Source: the human T2T-CHM13v2.0 reference genome, Homo sapiens. Taken from it: a stretch of DNA of 64,000 bases. Every line of letters starts with the position of its first letter. Position 1 is the first letter of the stretch. The notes below the pieces were generated by a model. That model was not told the DNA's origin. It saw only the letters and a program-made list of their open reading frames with translations, and did no database searches. Below are positions 56,014 to 64,000 of the stretch, one piece after another. The DNA is taken from assembly GCF_009914755.1 (NCBI RefSeq), contig NC_060939.1, one strand, 5' to 3'. Both the position numbers and the translations under genes were made by a program.

Positions 56014-57753
56014 CTAGGAAGAGAAATATATAGATATCAGGGCATCTTTTTTTATTTTTACTTATTTTAAGAGACAGGGTCTCACTCTGTTGCCTGAGCT
56101 GGAGTACAGTGGCACATTCATAGTTCACTGCAGCCTCAAGCTCCTGCTCTCAAGTGATCCTCCCACTTCAGCCTCCTGATTAGCTAGGACTACAGTCATG
56201 TGTTTTAAATTTTCTTTGTAGAGATGGGGGTCTTGCTTTGTTGCCCAGGCTGGTGTTGAACTCCTGGCAGTCAGTGATCCTCCCAAAGTGCTGGAATTAC
56301 AGACATGAGCCACCACACCAAGATGGATATCTGGGCATTTTAAGCTTAACTGTCAATTTGCTGGTCACAAACACCATTTCAAATTTAAGCTAGTTTATAT
56401 CTAGTAATTGGGAGCTGGCAATGTCTAAATGCATTTGAGGAATAAATTTCTTCTAATTCTGGAAGAACTTTATACAACAACGTAGCGCACAGTAAGATCT
56501 TCAGATGTGGCCAGGCGCAGTGGCTCACGCCTCTAACCCCAGCACTTTGGGAGGCTAAGTTGGGCAGATCACGAGGTCAGGAGATCAAGACCATCCTGGC
56601 TAACACGGTGAAACCCCATCTCTACTAAAAATACAAAAACAAAATTAGCTGGGCACGGTGGCGGGCGCCTGTAGTCCCAGCTACTCAGGAGGCTGAGGCA
56701 AGAGAATGAGTGAACCCAGGAGGCAGAGCTTGCAGTGAGCCAAGATCGTGCCACTGCATTCCAGCCTGGGTGACAGAGCGAGACTCCGTCTCAAAAAAAA
56801 AAAAAAAAAAGATCCTCAGATGTAAAGTTTCATGTGAAAAAAGACAAAACATTGCTGAGCAGCACTGCTACTGTGAAGATGAATAAAGTCTGGTCACAGT
56901 GCTTTGTGGAGACAGGCTTCTCCTCCTTTTCCAGTGGCAAGAATTTAGCTTTTCTTTTAACACTTTGTTAACAGTAACAAATGCCTCTCTGACTTTAACA
57001 TTCTACTAATGGTCTGCAAAGTTAACTCTGGTTATTAGGTTTAGAACAGATAACTGTTGCAATTAGGTAATTTTTAAGAGTTCTTACAGCTATATTTAGC
57101 ATGAAATTTAGTGTTGTTACTCAGCAGGGCAAGAGCAGTGGCTTCTGATAATCTCCATTCGCCCCTCCCAGCATAGGATTTCCACCCTACAAGCAAGCTG
57201 GGGGCAAGGGCAACTGGGTTCCCAGCTACTGGGGAGGCTGAAGCAGAAGCACTTGAACCTGGCACTCACACCTGTAATCCCAGCAGTTTGGTAGGCCGAG
57301 GCGGGTGGGTCACCTGAGCTCGGAAGTTCGAGAACAGCCTGGCCATCATTTTTAGCAGAGATGGTAAAACCCCGTCTCTACTAAAAATACAAAAATTATC
57401 TGGGCACGGTAGTGCGCGCCTGTAGTCCCAGGTACTCAGGAGGCTTTTTAGTATTTTTAGTAGAGACAAGGATTCTCCATGTGGGAGAATCGCTTGAACC
57501 CGGGAGGAGGGGGTTGCAGTGACCCAAGACTGTGCCACTGCATTCCAGCCTGGGAGGCAGAGTGAGACTTTGTCTCAAAAATAAATAAACAAATAAATGT
57601 TTCTGTATTTGCCATATACCTTGAAGAAAATTTCCACAGACTTAAGATGGTTGTTTCCTTTATAATATTCTTCCTGGATCCTATCCATGGAACTCCTCAT
57701 ACTGCCATTCCAAAGTCATTTCCCATACCAATTATTATTATTATTATTTTTGA

Positions 57754-57855
<102 letters not shown>

Positions 57856-58034
57856 TGAGTAGCTGGGGCTGGGATTATAGGCGCCTGCCACTGCGCCTGG
57901 CTAATTTTTCTAGTTTTAGTAGAGACGGGGTTTCACCATCTTGGCCAGGCTGAACTCCTGACCTCATGATCCACCCACCTCGGCTTCTCAAAGTGCTGGG
58001 ATTACAGGTGTGAGCCACCGCACCCAGCCAATAA

Positions 58035-58196
<162 letters not shown>

Positions 58197-58344
58197 TAGT
58201 AGAGATGGGATTTCTCCATGTTGGTCAGGCTGGTCTCAAACTCCCGACCTGAGGTGATCTGCCTGCCTCAGCCTCCCAAAGTGCTGGGATTACAGGCATA
58301 AGCCACCATGCCCAGCCTTCTTTTTTTCTTTTTTTTTTTTTTGA

Positions 58345-58779
<435 letters not shown>

Positions 58780-59436
58780 TGACCGGCTAAATTTTTTTTT
58801 TTTTTTTTTTTGAGACAGAGTCTTGCTCTGTTGCCCAGGCTGGAATGCAGTGGCGCAATCTCAGCTCACTGCAACCTCCACCTCCCAGTTCAAGCAATTC
58901 TCCTGCCTCTGCCTCCCGAGTAGCTGGGACTACAGGCACGTGCCACCACGCCCGGCTAATTTTTTGTATTTGTAATAGAGATGGGGTTTCACTGTGTTAG
59001 CCAGGATGGTCTCCATCTCCTGACCTCATGTTCTGCTCGCCTTGGCCTACCAAAGTGCTGGGATTACAGGCGTGAGCCACCACGCCCGGCCAGGAATTCT
59101 TAATAACTGTTTCATCACTCTTATGTCTGAGACAGTTGAGCAATTACAAGGTATTTGCAAAGAAGACACCTCTATGGCAAGATGATGATATCCATTCCCA
59201 GCACAAAGGAGAATGCAGGAGTGCAGCAGTTGAGCAGCTTTTCCTTTCTTCCTGAACTATACCTTACAGTGTGGTTTTAGTATTTTGTTTTTCATTACAA
59301 ATTCAATAGGGAAGGTCAAATCAAGTAAAAAGGATTATTGAGCATCATGCCATTTCATCATCCCCAAGTTCATTGGTAGAAGTTATCAAGAGTTGTCTGT
59401 ATTTTAAAAAAGCATACAACCATCATGAAATTTTAC

Positions 59437-59518
59437 CTCTGCAATCTTTTCTGATAGAGGAACATTTTGAATATCCATCTCTGATGCATTTACTATGGCT
59501 TTTGTTTTTAAGAGATAG
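59437..59518 (-). CDS. OIP5: OIP5 penultimate coding exon: (C)[27 protein letters not shown]
   Basis: Minus-strand acceptor tttcctatctag| and donor GAG|gtaaaa, 82 nt, in frame with the last exon. Upstream exons lie beyond the window. Confidence 0.95.
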
Positions 59519-59656
59519 CTAGATAGGAAAAAAGAAAAATATTAGTGTCATACCATGGTTAAGATTATAAAAGAACCAAACTTACCTTCTAAAGAAAGTA
59601 TGTGTCAAAAAAAGCCTGCCTTCTTAATGATTTTCATTTCAAGACTCATGATGTTA

Positions 59657-60035
59657 CAGTTGGCCCACCATATCCATGGGTATAGCATCCATGGATTCAA
59701 ACAACCACAGACTAAAAATATTCAGGAAAAAAAAACTGGATTGTGTCTGTACTGAACAGGTACACTCTTTTTCTTGTCATCATTCCCTTAACATTACAAC
59801 AACTTTGTAAATTTCCTATGTAAATTTGTAATGTACATAGCATTTACATTACGTTAGCTGTCATAAGTAATCTGGAGATTATTTTAAAGTATAAAATATA
59901 TACTTTTATACTTTAAAAAGGAGGATATCCAAAAGTAATATGCAAATATTACACCACTTAATATCAGAAACTTGAGTGTCCATGGATTTTGGTATCTGGT
60001 GAGGTCCTGGAACCACAGATACTGAAGGATGACTG
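59657..60035. mobile_element. MER2 (Tigger-family) DNA transposon in an OIP5 intron
   Basis: ta|cagttggcccaccatatccatggg...catccatggattcaa...cagatactgaaggatgactg, with imperfect terminal inverted repeats. Confidence 0.7.
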
Positions 60036-60200
60036 CATTTTCTTGGAAAAACAAATTCAAAAATAAACAAATTGGAGAGGATCTCTGCCGCATCCCACCA
60101 GAGACAAAATTATCTCAGGGTAAATTAAAGACAAAAACCAGGCTCATATGAATAATTACGATGATTATAAGCTTTACACTTCATCAGTAGGATCCTGTAG

Positions 60201-60641
<441 letters not shown>

Positions 60642-60751
60642 TGATCATGTGACATAGTTCTGGCCAACAAGGGTAAGAAAATGGGATGGGTGTGCTGGCT
60701 CACACCTATAATCCCAGCACTTTGGGAGGCTGAGGCAGGCAGATGGCTTGA

Positions 60752-61129
<378 letters not shown>

Positions 61130-61307
61130 TAGCCAGATGTGGTGGCATGCCTGTAGTCCCAGCTACTTGGGAGGCTGAGTTGGGAGGATCACCTGAACCC
61201 AAAAGGTTGAGGCTGCAGTGAACCATGATCGCTCCAGCCTGTGTGACAGTGAGACCCTGTCTCAAAAAAAAAAAAAAAAAGAATAAAAAAAAGATTAAGA
61301 AAATTTA

Positions 61308-61505
<198 letters not shown>

Positions 61506-62045
61506 TCACTTGAACCTGGGAGGCGGAGGTTGCAATGAGCTGAGATCACACCACTGTGTTCCAACTTGGGTGACAGAGCAAGACTCTGTCTCAAAAAAAA
61601 AAAAAAAATTTATGCTGATGAAAAGGGGGAATTTTCTTGTGTTCCCATACTCTCCATATCCTTTTCCTTCATGTTTAGGATGCTATCATCAATAGATGTA
61701 ATGACTGTAATTGCAGCAGCCATCCCGAATCCAAGAGGAAAAGGCCAAAGTTTCTACTTAATCAAAAAGAATGTCCTGACCTTTTATCCAACTCATTTTA
61801 AAGATTAAGAAATTAACCAAAATCCCATAATGCTTTTCAAATTTATGTTAAAAATATGTTACTAAAAGCTTACTGCCCTAACAAAAATGCAATTATTGCT
61901 TCTCTAGAACATTTACTTTTGTACTGATTTCTAAAAAAGATGTGGGATTACTAACAGCACACATTTACAGTTTTTTTTCCCACTTTAAAGTTAATTCTAA
62001 ATAGAAATTGCTTAAGAATCTAGAAATTGGTGGCGCAGTGGCTCA

Positions 62046-62491
<446 letters not shown>

Positions 62492-62766
62492 TCAATCCAT
62501 CTCAGGATCTCAGGTATATATTTTGTGTTGGAAATTTGCAATGAAGAACAAATGGTATACCTAATGCACAGTGAGCAACCCATGGTAAAGGACTGGCTGA
62601 TAAGTTTTATTGTTTAGTCAACCATAACTCAGCTAAAAACATCTATCTAAGCATAAGAAATGAGAAAAAGCGGCCGGGCGCGGTGGCTCATGCCTGTAAT
62701 CCCAGCACCTTAGGAGGCCAAGGCGGGCGGATCACGAGGTCAAGGAGATCGAGACCATCCTGGCTA

Positions 62767-63039
<273 letters not shown>

Positions 63040-64000
63040 TCAAATCTCAGCTCTTCCACCTCTTTGAGCCCTAGTTTTCTTAAACTATATTAAGAACTCA
63101 GTGATATAAGCATAATGCCTACATAAACTAGGTTGTCAATGCTTGTTTTTGTTTTTTAATGGTCAAGGAAAGACTTCTAAGGATGTTTCAGTTTCTTGTA
63201 ATAAGTAAAAAAGCTTAAGTTAAAAGTGCAATTTATTAGGAAAATAATGAAATAGCCAATGTAATTCATGAGAAAGGATAACCAGTAGGGTAGTTTTTCT
63301 GACACTATGAGGCTACATGATCATTATTTTTACTTTTCTCTGTGTCTGCTTCATGTTTTACTGCAGAGAAGACTTCCCTGCAGCTACATGCATCACATGG
63401 GAAATAGCTATCCCATACATAGAGCTTTCACTTCCAAACTTCAACACTAGTACTATCTACACGTAACTGGTATTTCTGGGCCCTTGTTTCAAATTCCTAA
63501 GGTAGAAAACTGGTTGGCTTAGTTTGGGTCAGGTATCCATTTTTCTTTTTTTTTTTTTTTTTGAGACAGAGTCTCGCTCTGTTGCCAGGCTGGAGTGCAG
63601 TGGCGCGATCTTGGTTCACTGCAACCTCTGACTCCCCGGTTCAAGTGATTCTCCTGCCTCAGCCTCCCAAGTAGCTAGGATTACAGGCATGCGCCACCAT
63701 GCCCAGCTAATTTTTTTTGTATTTTTAGTAGAGACGGGGTTTCCCATGTTGGCCAGGATGATCTCGATCTCCTGACCTCATGATCTGCCCACCTCGGCCT
63801 CCCAAAGTACTGGGGTTACAGGCGTGAGCTACCACGCCCAGCACCGTTTTTGGTTTTTAAGAGACAGGGTCTTGCTCTGCTCCCCATGCTAGAATACAGT
63901 GACACAATCATAGCTCACTGTAACCTTGAACTCCTGGGCTGTAGCTATCCTCCCACCTTAGCCTCCAGAGTAGCTAGGACTACAGGCATACACCACCATA

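Overview
Primate (human-like) genomic DNA, very dense in Alu repeats, which I recognise as the CHP1 / OIP5-AS1 (Cyrano) / OIP5 locus. The + strand carries the last five coding exons and ~2.5 kb 3'UTR of CHP1 (calcineurin-like EF-hand protein 1). It then carries a CpG-island promoter and the spliced lncRNA OIP5-AS1/Cyrano: three short exons plus a ~8.5 kb last exon. The - strand carries the last two coding exons and 3'UTR of OIP5 (Mis18beta), convergent with the lncRNA. The main non-coding element is the extensively paired miR-7 site at 46739-46764, an established trigger of target-directed miRNA degradation (TDMD), so it is not new. Around it the sequence shows (i) two intramolecular copies of miR-7's 3' half that could mask the site, (ii) a 3'-supplemented miR-92 site 62 nt upstream, (iii) a Musashi/UAG motif cluster and (iv) a proximal poly(A) site that would remove the trigger. 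The neighbouring CHP1 3'UTR has seed sites for the same two miRNA families. Two independent HERV-H solo LTRs, each with its own 5-bp TSD, flank the lncRNA promoter, and one appears to supply a splice donor directly next to an AATAAA. Almost all ORFs in the supplied track are Alu or chance artefacts. Gene and repeat names come from my recognition of the sequences, not from a database search, and repeat boundaries are approximate unless TSDs are given.
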